Shown here: in pieces, positions 52,493-64,000 of the stretch
Layout of the letters: the number at the start of each line of letters is the position of its first letter
Position numbering within the stretch: position 1 is the first letter of the stretch
Origin: Mobula hypostoma
Taxonomy: Eukaryota
Reading direction: 5' to 3'
DNA: 64,000 bases
NCBI RefSeq assembly: GCF_963921235.1
Contig: NC_086108.1
Coordinates: forward strand, 19,096,001 to 19,160,000
Notes under the pieces: generated by a model
The model's input: only the letters and a program-made list of their open reading frames with translations
Told to the model about the DNA's origin: nothing
Database searches by the model: none
Program-made: the position numbers and the translations under genes

Positions 52493-54189
52493 GCATCAAA
52501 GATGACACACAAGACAAAACTATCAAAGCAAGGCAAGTTTGAAGAAACTCTCAACTGTACATAGTCATGAAGCTATACACTTCGGCCTGCTGCATCCATG
52601 CTGACTATCAAACCAAATTCACTCCTCACACTCCCAACCTCATGCCACTCACCTACCCTAGAAGCAATAGGCAGCAGCCAGTTAACCCACCATCCAGCAC
52701 ATCCTGGACAATGTGGGAAGAAACCGAAGCACACCAGTTAAGGGAAGAATATGCAAGTGTACATAGTTTCCAAAAGTACAACCTGCTTAATTTGGTGCAG
52801 AGGCATTTAAGAGGAATTTAGACAGGCACAGAAACAGGCAGGGAATAGAGGGATATGCAACGGGCTGGCAGATGGCATTCATTTGAATGGCATCATGGTC
52901 TTCAAGTGAAGATGGTATGTCTTTACAATATCACAAGGGAAGGTACAAATTAAGCACCAAAATTATGTGCTCATTTCAGGATCTGGGCAGAACAGCAGTC
53001 ACTGGGAGGCTACTCGGTGATGGACATTTCATATCAAGTGACTTGTTAGGAGCTTTATCTCGGAGCAAGGAGTAGATACACAGCACAAGACAATGTTCCA
53101 GCTAGACAGATGTGATAACACAGATTTAGAGTGATAGAGCCGAAGTTGCTGTGTCCCAAAAATAAAAAACAGAAAGAGAAAAATAAATACAAGAGCTCAC
53201 TATGGCTGCTCTGTAATACTATGATATGAGATGTCATTTCAGAAAGCTAGGTATCATTGTTTGGTTTCATTCGTAGCTCTGCTAGATGATGTGCTTGTGA
53301 TGAGGTATCACGTGCCCACATAATCCATTGTTCCCCCCCCCACCCCCGTTTCCTCACCAGCAGGGCACAACACATATCTTTCTTTTCGATAATGAAGAAG
53401 CCGATTTGGCCCATCAGGCCTCTGCTGGCTCTCATTCCTCCACTAACTTCCCTGCAGTCTACTCTCTCAAACACATAGCCACTAGCAGTCATGCAGCAAG
53501 AAGCAATGTCACTGTCTACTGAACTATGCTATTCAAAATAGATAAGGAAGCCACCACATATTCTAAAGGGGGTGGGTGAGCAGCCAGTTGCCTTGGTACA
53601 TGTTGGTACCAATGACATAGATAGGACAAAGGAGGAGGTCCTGAAGACAGATTTCCAGGAGTTAGGAAGGAAGCTGAGAAGCAGGACCTCCAGGGTAGTA
53701 ATCTCGGGATTGCTACCTGTGCCACGTGCTAGCGAGGGCAAGAATAGGAGGATCAGGCAGATGAATGCGTGGCTGAGAGACTGGTGTAGGGGGCAGGGCT
53801 TCAGATTCTTGGATAATTGGGATATCTTCTGGGGGAAGTATGACCTGTTCAAAAAGGACAGGTTACACCTGAACCCAAAAGGGACCAATATCCTGGCGGG
53901 AAAGTTTAATAGAGCTGTTAGGGAGGGTTTAAACTAATTTGGCAGGGGGATGGGAACCGAAATGACAGCGGAGGAAGGGAAAAACAGAAATAAATCTAAG
54001 ATAGTGAGCAGTAAAGATGTCAGGATAGACAGGCAGGTGAAGGGGCAAATTTGTAGCCATTCGGATGAGTTGCAGTGCAATAAAGTTGTAGTGAAATCAA
54101 AGCGAAAAGTATCAAATACTGGTCTTACAACACACATCAAAGTTGCTGGTGAACGCAGCAGGCCAGGCAGCATCTGTAGGAAGAGGTGC

Positions 54190-54225
54190 AGTCGACGTTT
54201 CAGGCCGAGACCCTTCGTCAGGACG
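54190..54225 (-). ncRNA. Minimal hammerhead ribozyme motif
   Basis: Reverse complement GUC-CUGACGA-AGG...CCU-GAAA-CGUC-GAC. Confidence 0.8.
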
Positions 54226-54253
54226 AACTGAAGGAAGAGTGAGTAAGGGAAAA

Positions 54254-54289
54254 AGTCCTGACGAAGGGTCTCGGCCTGAAACGTCAACT
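54254..54289 (+). ncRNA. Minimal hammerhead ribozyme motif (stem I closing pair mutated)
   Basis: agtc-CTGACGA-agggtctcggcct-GAAA-cgtc-aact; A instead of G at 54286. Confidence 0.7.
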
Positions 54290-56593
54290 GCACCTCTTCC
54301 TACAGATGCTGCCTGGCCTGCTGCGTTCACCAGCAACTTTGATGTGTGTTGCTTGAATTTCCAGCATCTGCAGTATTCCTGTTGTTTGCGTTTAAATACT
54401 GGTCTTAAGGTGCTGTACTTAAATGCACGCAGCATAAGGAATAAGGTGGATGATCTTGTTGTACAGCTACAGATTGGCAGGTATGATATTGTGGCCATCA
54501 CTGAGACCTGGCTAAAGGATGCATGTCTCTGGGAGCTGAACGTCCAAGGATACACGGTGTATCGGAAGGATGGGAAGGTAGGCAGAGGGGGAGGCGTGGC
54601 TTTATTGGTAAGAAATGATATTAAATCATTAGAGAGGTGATATAGGATCAGAAGGTGCAGAATCTTTATGGGTTGAGCTAAGAAATAGCAGGGGTAAAAG
54701 GACCCTAATGGCAGTTATTTATAGGCCTCCAAACAGCTGCAGGGATGTGGACTACAAATTACAACAGGAAATAGAAAAGGCTTGTCAGAAGGGCAGTGTT
54801 ATGATAATTGTGGGGGATTTTAACATGCGAGTGGATTGGGAAAAGCAGGTCAGCACTGGATCTCAAGAGAGAGAATTTGTAGAATATCTGCGAGATGGCT
54901 TTTTAGATCAGCTTGTTGTTGAGCCCACTAGGGGATCGGCTGTACTGGATTGGGTATTGTGTAATGAACCGGAGGTGATTAGAGAGATTGAGGTGAAGGA
55001 ACCCTTAGGAGGCAGTGATCATAACATGATTGAATTCATTGTGAAATTTGAAAAAGAGAAGCCGAAATCTGAAGTGTCGGTATTTCAGTGGAGTAAAGGA
55101 AACTACAGTGGCATGAGAGAGGAACTGGCCAAAGTTGACTGGAAAGGGACGCTGGCGGGAAAGACAGCAGAGCAGCAGTGGCTGGAGTTTATGCGAGAAA
55201 TGAGGAAGGTGCAAGACAGGTATATTCCAAAAAAGAAGAAATTTTCGAGTGGAAGAAGGATGCAACTGTGGTTGACAAGAGAAGTCAAAGCCAAAGTTAG
55301 ATCAAAGGAGAGGGCATACAAGGAAGCAAAAATTACTGGGAAGACAGAGGATTGGGAAGTTTTTAAAACCTTACAAAAGGAAACCAAGAAGGTCATTAAG
55401 AGGGAAAAGATTAACTATGAAAGGAAGCTAGCAAATAATATCAAAGAGGATACTAAAAGCTTTTTCAAGTATATAAAGAGTAAAAGACAGGTGAGAGTAG
55501 ATATAAGACCCATAGAAAATGATGCTGGGGAAATTGTAATGGGAGATGAGGAGATGGCAGAGGAACTGAACGAGTATTTTGCATCAGTCTTCACTGAGGA
55601 AGACATCAGCAGTATACTGGACACTCAAGGGTGGCAGGGAAGAGAACTGTGCGCAGTCACAATTACGACAGAGAAAGTACTCAGGAAGCTGAATAGTCTA
55701 AGGTAGATAAATCTCCTGGACCAGATGGAATGCACCCTCGTGTTCTGAAGGAAGTAGCTGTGGAGATTGCGGAGGCATTAGCGATGATCTTTCAAAAGTC
55801 GATAGATTCTGGCATGGTTCCGTAGGACTGGAAGATTGCAAATGTCACTCCCTTATTTAAGAAGGGGGCAAGGAAGCAAAAAGGAAATTATAGACCTGTT
55901 AGCTTGACATCGGTGGTTGGGAAGTTGTTGGAGTCGATTGTCAAGGATGAGGTTACAGAGTACCTGGAGGCATATGACAAGATAGGCAGAACTCAGCATG
56001 GATTCCTTAAAGGAAAATCCTGCCTGACAAACCTATTACAATTTTTTGAGGAAATTACCAGTAGGCTAGACAAGGGAGATGCAGTGGATGTTGTATATTT
56101 GGATTTTCAGAAGGCCTTTGACAAGGTGCCACACGTGAGGCTACTTAACAAGATAAAAGCCCATGGAATTACGGTAAAGTTACATACGTGGATAGAGCCT
56201 AGGCTGATTAGCAGGAAACAGAGAGTGGGAATAAAGGGATCCTATTCTGGTTGGCTGCCGGTTACCAGTGGTGTTCCACAGGGATCCGTGTTGGGGCCGC
56301 TTCTTTTTACATTGTACATCAACGATTTGGATTATGGAATAGATGGCTTTGTGGCTAAGTTTGCTGACGATACGAAGATAGGTGGAGGGGCCGGTAGTGC
56401 TGAGGAAACAGAGAGTCTGCAGAGAGACTTGGATAGATTAGAAGAATGGGCAGAGAAGTGGCAAATGAAGTATAATGTTGGAAAGTGTATGGTTATGCAC
56501 TTTGGCAGAAAAAATAAACGGGCAGACTAATATTTAAATGGGGAAAGAATTCAAAGTTCTGAGATGCAACGGGACTTGGGAGTCCTCGTACAG

Positions 56594-57739
56594 CAGCGGT
56601 CTCCAACCACCGGGCCTCGAGGAAGCGCTATGATTTGGTCAGCTGCACCTTTCCTCATTCCCTGTCACGGCCACTGATCAGCCACTACGCATGCGAGGTC
56701 ATAACCCGCGCGTCATCCGTATCAGGGCGGAAAGGCGATCAACTCCTCGAGCTTGCAAATGACGACGGGCTGAAAAGTATGTTTTACATAACATCTCTGC
56801 CGGCATTCCGGATCAAAGTCAAGGCTAAATATCCTGAGATAGCCACGAAAGCACTGGACACGTTGCTTTCATTGCCAACATTTTTCTGCGAAGCGGAGTT
56901 TTCTGCAATGAATGCAACGAAAACTAAATTGCGGAATAGACTGGACATAAGGAACCCCCTTCGAGTATCGCTGTCTCCCATCACCTCTCGACAGGACGGT
57001 GTTGTTGCAGGGAAACAAGCCCAGGGCTCCCACTGATTCAGCGATATTGGTGTGTTGCAATAATTTTATATATTCATACGGGGAAAATATGTGCTGTGTG
57101 TTTAATATCGAAATATTACTTAAAATGTTATGATACTATTGACTTATAAGTGACTTATATAACAATTACAGCACGGAAACAGGCGACCTCGGCCCTTCTA
57201 GTCCGTGCCGAACGCTACTCTCACCCAGTCCCACCAACCTGCACTCAGCCCATAACCCTCCATTCCTTTCCTGTCCAGATACCTATCCAATTTTTCTTTA
57301 AATGATCATTTCGAACCTACTTCTGCCACTTTTACTGGAAGTGGCGTTCAACACTTCAAGCTCCCCCTGATAATTGACTTATCATTATATCCATGCGAGG
57401 AAAATATGCGCTGTGTGTTTAATATTAAATTCGTTAGATAAACCCTTTTAGAAACAAAATTGAGTGTATTACCCACTTATCACCTATATTCCGGTAGTGA
57501 TTAACACCCACCCCCACGAACAGAATCGCCAAAAAGGATTTGTTTGGGGGTGGGGGGGGCGGAGAGAGCGGCAGGTCACGACGCGCTTGCGCATTGGTGC
57601 CCGCGCAAGGCCTCATGGTCATTGTAGTCTTTTAGGTACACAACGCATTTCACTGCCACTCTTGTTCGTTGGCAACCCTACCGCTGCCCCCCCCCCCCGG
57701 TCGGCCGGTCCGCAGTGCATAAAAGGTTGGGGACCCCTG
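56594..57739 (+). mobile_element. Non-autonomous hAT (Charlie/Buster-type) transposon
   Basis: TIRs cagcggtctccaacc / ggttggggacccctg; 8 bp TSD tcgtacag/tcggacag; dimerisation-domain remnant YPEIATKAL...CEAEFSAM...KTKLRNRL...KQAQGSH*. Confidence 0.9.
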
Positions 57740-59299
57740 TCGGACAGGATACCCTTAAAGTTAACCTCCAGGTTGAGTCAGTAGTGAAGAAGGCGAATGC
57801 AATGTTGGCATTCATTTCTAGAGGAATAGCGTATAGGAGCAAGGATGTGATGTTGAGGCTCTATAAGGCGCTGGTGAGACCTCACTTGGAGTTCTGTGGG
57901 CAGTTTTGGCCGTCTTATTTAAGAAAGGATGTACTGACGTTGGAGAGGGTACAGAGAAGATTCACTAGAATGATTCTGGGAATGAGAGGGTTAATATATG
58001 AGGAACGTTTGTCCGCTCTTGGACTGTATTCCTTGGAGTTTAGAAGAATGAGGGGAGACCTCATAGAAACATTTTGAATGTTGAAAGGCATGGACAGAGT
58101 GGATGTGGCAAAGTTGTTTCCCATGATGGGGGAGTCTTGTACGAGAGGGCATGACTTCGGGATTGAAGGGCACTCATTCAGAACAGAAATACGAAGAAAT
58201 TTTTTTAGTCAGAGGGTGGTGAATCTATGGAATTTGTTGCCGGGGCAGCAGTGGAGGCCAAGTCATTGGGTGTATTTAAGGCAGAGATTGATAGGTATCT
58301 GAGTAGCCAGGGCATCAACGGTTATGGTGAGAAGGCAGGGGAGTGGGACTAAATGGGAGAATGGATCAGCTCATGATAAAATGGTGGAGCAGACTCGATG
58401 GGCTGAATGGCTGACTTCTGCTCCTTTGTCTTATGGTCTTATAGACTGAATTTGTAAACATGGAAATTTAGAAATAATGTACTTTTCTGACCATATGTCT
58501 TCAACTGCACTGGAGGGAGATGGTGCATGAGGAGATATGGCCATCCTCATTGGGACAGATAAGAGATACTGTGATCCATTCATTATCAACTCCCTCTAGT
58601 GGTTGTATGACAACACAACCTCAATCATTTCCCATTTGACAACTGAGAGGTTTGCCTACATTTATTTGTAGGATGCTGTTGTGTTATTTCCCATATCCTT
58701 TGTCAAGGTCATCTGGGAGGGATATCACTCATGGACTTCCTTCCAAGGAAGCTCAAGCCTTTTACTTGAGCCACCCACACAAAATGCTGGAGGAACTCAA
58801 CAAGTCAGGAGCCATCTATGGAGGGGAATAAACAGTCGATATTTCAGGCCGAGACCCTTGGAAAGCAGCAGAGGATCTCGATGAACTCCCCTTGAAGCAA
58901 AGAATTAAACTTCTTCGGGGTAAACTCCTGCTGAAGAGAAGATTTAACCAACTTCTGCAGAATCTCTTATGTTTATGATCACGCCTTTTACCTGCAGTAT
59001 GGCCCACTTTGTCCACTTGGGAGTCAACTTGGGCTACCAAGGAAGCCTGGGTTCCACATTGGCAAGAGTTGGAGGCAGACAGTCACTCCTCACTTGGGAT
59101 GCCAGGCAGGACCTCCCACAGCTCTCCCTTATAGGGCCTAGTTCTGGCATTAAAACACCTTGCCGCTGCAGTGCTGCTTGATCATTTTGGGTCATTATGA
59201 TGCAGAAGGTGCCTTTGTCCTTCTACTGAGGCAACATTTCTCCATTTGTAAACTGTTCAGCTTCTGGGATAGTGTTAACGTATAGATGATATCCCACAT

Positions 59300-60830
59300 T
59301 TTATAAATGACGAATGAGCAAGTGGAAGGGTGAGTTACTGAGTTTGCAGATGACATGAAGGTTGATGGAGTTGTTGATAGTCTGGAGGGTTGTTATAGGT
59401 TGCAGCAGGACACCAACCAGATGCAAAGCTGGGCTGAGAAGTGGCAGATGGAGTTCAACCTGGTAAAGAGTGAAGTGGTTCATTTTAGAAGGTCAAATTT
59501 GAAGGCAGAATACAGGGTTAATGGCAGAACTCCTGGCAGTGAGGAGGAACAGAAAGATCTTGGGGTCCATATCCATAAATGCCACAAACTTGCCATGCAA
59601 ATTGAAAGGGTGGTTAAGAAGGCAGATGGTTTGTTCACCTTCATTTGTTGGGTGATTGAGTTCAAGAGCCGCAATGTTGCAGCTCTATGAAACCCTGGTT
59701 AAACTGATGAGGTCCCCCAATGGTCGGGGTCAATCATAGATGTCAATGTGATATGCAATACTGAGAGCAAGCAGCTGCCCTTGCGGCAGGTTCTCTCTCT
59801 CCACACAGCTGATGAACCCACAGGGACAGCAAAGAACGATACAGTTTGGCACCAGTGGCACCACAGGAGTTGCCAGTCAGTGTGGAAATCAATGTTGGAT
59901 TACCATAAGGATTCCAGCTCCAGATTTTCCCCTCAGGGTTTACTCCCAAAGCCTTCCCCATGAGTGGATATAGCCACAAGGTAGAGGAGGTTTGAGATCA
60001 GAGTTTCTTACTCCTGCATGAGCTGCAACCATGGCTGACAAGCTGCATCTGACCAAAGTGACTGCTGTCAGTAGAAATGGTTTGGCTGAGCTTAGTAGGT
60101 AAGCCGAACTTCACAGGAGCTGGACTTAGTTGACAGAGACTATTTGATGCATGCCATTAAGAGCATTTAATAGGTAGTGGGAGCTTAGCCCCACTACCTC
60201 CCCAGCTAAGACAAACTTAAGGAATCGCTGGTTAAATAATACTTGGAACATTGTGTTCAGTTCCGGTCGCCTCATTTTAGGAAGGGTGTGTAAGCTTTTG
60301 AGAGGATGCAGAGGAAGCTTTTCCAGGTTGCCGTCAAGAGGGCTTATCTTATAAAGATAAACAGAGCGAGCTAAAGCTTTTCTCTTTAGAGTGGAGAATG
60401 AGAAGGGACTTGATAGAGGTGTACAAGATGATAAGAAGAGATAGAATACATAATACCAGAGACTTTTTCCAAGGGCTGAAATGGCTGATACAAGGGGGCA
60501 TAATTTTAAGGTGATTGGAGGAAAGTATAGGAGGCAGAGGTAGGTTCTTTACACAGTGAGTGATGGGTACATGGAATGCCTTGCCAGGGTTGGTGGTAGA
60601 GGCAGATATATTAGGGACATTTAAAAAACTCTTAGATAGGCACATGATGACAGAAAGGGCTAGGGTTATGTAGGAGAGAAGGGTTAGATTGATCTTAGTG
60701 TAGGTAATGGAATGGCACAGCAGACTCAATGGGCTGAATGGCCTAATTTTGCTCCTATGATTTATGGTCTTAAAGGTTCAGTACAACATCGTGGGCCGAC
60801 GTGTTCATACTGTGCTGTATGTTCATGTTT
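59300..60830 (+). mobile_element. CR1 fragment split by an insertion
   Basis: FADD...WAEKWQMEFN; continues after 60236. Confidence 0.85.
59704..60227 (-). mobile_element. RTE-related non-autonomous element with 9 bp TSD
   Basis: ctggttaaa at 59695-59703 and 60228-60236; minus strand has aggagtaagaaactctgatctcaaacctcc, similar to RTE 5' UTRs. Confidence 0.6.
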
Positions 60831-61854
60831 CATATTTCTGCACACAGAATGTTGGATTTCCCTAATGGACTCATTATCCCACTCACTTCCTTCTCCACTT
60901 GAGCAGACAGAAATATGATAGCAAAATTAGAAAATGTTGGGAAAACTCGGCTGATGAGACAGTACCAGTGAAGAGAGAAACAGTTAGCATTTCCGGGCAA
61001 AGACCTCCATCAGTTTCTATTTCTGCAGACGCTGCCTGATTGGGTGATTTTTTTTTCCAGCACCTTCTGTTTTTATTTAAGAATTCCAGCATCTTCAGAT
61101 TTTTCATTTAGAAATTTGGATCAACTTCTGCAACGGCCTCATCTGAACTTCCTCGCATCTGCAGAAATACGAAAGCAGCCCTTGCCCAAATGAAGTGTTT
61201 GAAGTGGCTAGTCCATTAGCTCAACCAGAGCTGAAATCCAATTTTCTGCCTGCCCATCTTGCCCTTTTACAGAGAGAGATCCTTTAGAGGGTGATTGCTT
61301 TTGTTAAGGGAAACTTAATCTCCAGTTTACAGCCAACATTAAAGTAATCCTCCCTTTGCCTTCGGAAGTGACATAGTTATAAAAGCCAGAAGAAAGTATT
61401 AGGAAAGATCTCCTTTTTCACCCCACTTTTCTAAGATGTGAACTTAATGCTAAATTTTCTTATCGGACCAGACCTGGGGGTGTAGTTTTTAAACCACCAT
61501 TCAAACTCTTCACTGCTTCCCCCAAACCATCCCTTTAACACCCCAACCCTGCCCCCATGTTCTAATTAACTTCTCTTATTTCCCCCAACAGGACAGACTA
61601 TCCCATTAATTCCCAGCCTGAGACATCATCACTCAGCATCCACATGCACTGAGAACTCTCAGGCAGGGCCTGGATTACCGCTATCAGCTCAAAATGTGGG
61701 AGACTGCTGGCCAGATGGCAAGCGCCAGTTAGTGGGTGAGGGACCAGCAAGTGTGAGGTCAGGAGATAAGTGGATCGGCAAGCTGTGGGTGGCTTGGCAA
61801 ATCCACTCGCCTTCCAACATGACAAAAGAAGAAAATGCCAGTAGTTCCTGCCAA

Positions 61855-63900
61855 GACTCCGTTGAATGTTAATGCTGACACTCCACTTTATATGTTAGTA
61901 TTAAATCTCCATACCTCTGATTATCAACACCATTGCTCTATGCAACCAGATATTGGCTCTAAATTCCTATGCAGAAGACCCTCCATGTAACGGGAGCTAC
62001 ATTCCCAGAAAATGTTGCATAGCATGTTTTTTCCACAAGGTAAAGTGGCTTCTCCTGTGTATATATCAAGAAGGTGAGTTGTGGGTTGTTATGATTTGTG
62101 AAGGTGTAAGGGTTCATTTACTTTTATCAGACAGCTGTAACATGGGGTCTCCTGCACCAGTAACTATCAATACTAACACTCTTACAGAGCTGAACATCAA
62201 TTCTAAATCTCTATGTCTCTGATTATTAATACAACCACCCTTATAAAGTTGGATATTGATCCTGAATCTAAATACCATGACTAGCACTCGATGCAGCTGG
62301 GTATTGATACGAGAGCTTTATACCACTCACTCATCAACATTTCACAACACTAAATTGTACTTCATGTTCCACATCACAAAAATAAATTGTCCTTAGAAAA
62401 AAATTCTAACTGTTCTACATACAACTAAATTGATAAGTGAACATTCTACCCCATCTATGCTGCTACTAACTTTCTACAGCAGAGAAAATTAGCCATCTAT
62501 ATCAATAAATAGTAACTGTTCATGTACAATGCTGATGGAAACATTGCTATAGCACCAATTGGAACTACGATCATTCAACAGCATTCAAAGTTAATATTAA
62601 TCCTCCACATCACTGAATGAAATTATTTATGGTTACATCACTGAAAGCTAATGTTAAACTCCACACTTCAAATGTTAATGCTAACGCTCCACTCCACTGG
62701 ATGTTAGCATTAGCAATTAAAACCATTGAATGTTAATTTATCGAAGGTAAATGTCAATGCTCTATATTAGTAAATGTGAATACTAAATAGAAAATCACAG
62801 AATTTTAATACATTATACATGTTAATTCTATCACTTCATAGAAATGAACATAAAAACACTCTACACCACTGAAGTCTAATGCAAATGTTCTACACCACTC
62901 ACTATTATAACAAACACCTAATACCATATGTGATAAAAATAATGTCCCATGTCATTGAATATTAGTTCAAATATTCTGTGCCACTCTAAGACAACAGTAA
63001 CTCTTCACACTACAGATTTTGAATGTGATCACTGATGCTGTGAATATTGCTCCCAGTTTTCCATGTCCTGAAACATTAAAGTACATATTATTAATTCTTC
63101 ATTCCACTACTATTAATATGAACATCATCACATTAATAATAACACAACAGTAATAAATTAAACTAATACTAGGGTGCTGCAACTCTCAGTACACAATTCT
63201 GATGCCACCCACATCCAACTGAACAATAATATTACTGCTACTACTAACATTCTGCATCACTGAACATTATTAATATTGATCAAAGAACATTAGTAGTATC
63301 AGCACCATACACCATTGCATCTTAAGCTGCAAAGGTTTAAACACAGTGTTACAGATTGCCAATACTATCATGGTAGTTCGTAGATCTGTCTGTGAAAAGG
63401 TACTATTGTCTTTGAATAGCATGAAGTATTTGAAATCATAATCTATAACACAGAATGCATGACTACACTACTGAATGTTAACATCAACTCTCTATACCAG
63501 TGAATGTTAATATCAGCCCTCCGTACTTCTGAAAATCAATACCAATGCTCACTACTATTGAATGTTGCGCACCAACTTCAAAACTGCTTCTTGATAACAC
63601 TACCTTACAGTACCACTGGCCATTAGTGCTGAAGCTCCTTACACTGAGTATTTACTCTTTATTCCACTGAAATGTTCATTCAAAGGTTCTCAATAACAGA
63701 ATATTAATACAAAAATTCCAACACTGTTGTGCATTATGAACACTGTACCACTGAATGCTAACTATAATACTTTCTGTTATTGCATGTGGTCTGTATCACA
63801 AAATATTAATGCTAACTCCCATGCTGCCTGAATATTGTTTCTAAGCCTTTACATCACTATGTTAGTTATAGCACTAAATGTTAATTTTCACACACTATAC
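61855..63900. repeat. Highly diverged ~29 bp minisatellite (approx. ccactgaatgttaatgctaacactctaca)
   Basis: Units start exactly 29 bp apart at 63468, 63497, 63526, 63555, 63584, 63613; related units from about 61860 onward. Confidence 0.75.
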
Positions 63901-63919
63901 CATGGTTGATATTGGGATA

Positions 63920-64000
63920 TAGACACTGGCCACTTTATTAAGTACACCAGTACACCTGCTCATTAATGCATCTATCTAATCAGCCAATCATATGGCAACA
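63920..64000 (+). mobile_element. Start of a Tc1-like element running out of the window
   Basis: cactggccactttattaagtacacc...ctaatcagccaatca resembles Tc1-type TIR starts. Confidence 0.55.

Larger units (their letters stand above)
54128..54393. mobile_element. 266 bp non-coding Penelope-derived palindrome with two opposing hammerheads
   Basis: 14 bp TSD aaatactggtctta (54114-54127, 54394-54407); inverted arms 54128-54224 and 54255-54351; about 40 nt unpaired tail. Confidence 0.92.
53560..58443 (+). mobile_element. Long CR1 (partial ORF1 esterase, EN, RT) with two nested insertions
   Basis: VHVGTND/DRLHLN; YLNARSIRNK, TETW, GDFN, GSDH; QHGF, LDFQKAFDKV, KFADDT; few stops; tail gtcttatggtcttat. 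Confidence 0.94.

Noticed and set aside
56635..57036. ZBED5/Buster-like domesticated gene
   Set aside because: Only a decayed C-terminal fragment inside TIRs and a TSD, so a transposon remnant.
61855..63900. CRISPR-like regular spacing
   Set aside because: Units are contiguous and degenerate with no conserved-repeat/unique-spacer pattern, no cas genes, and the context is eukaryotic.

Overview
Eukaryotic, AT-rich, repeat-dense vertebrate DNA. The HE1/V-type SINEs, abundant CR1 LINEs, Rex1 tails and Neptune-type Penelope elements point to a cartilaginous fish, probably a ray (inference). It looks like a long intron or intergenic region. No recognisable host gene is present, only two weak micro-exon candidates; nearly all listed ORFs are transposon remnants, their antisense shadows or chance frames. 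Main structures: (1) an IR/DR Tc1 transposon (4493-9255) carrying a nested Harbinger MITE and a near-intact 5'-truncated Hero-type RT-RLE retrotransposon; (2) a decayed Gypsy element and a solo LTR; (3) over a dozen CR1 copies, two nearly full length with further nested elements; (4) Penelope-like insertions as inverted palindromes carrying minimal hammerhead ribozymes, including a 2.15 kb copy and a 266 bp protein-free copy with two opposing hammerheads, plus many older relics of the same design; (5) a roughly 2 kb ancient 29-bp-period minisatellite at the right end. Several TE-free islands look like candidate conserved enhancers. Family names come from motif recognition only; no database was searched.
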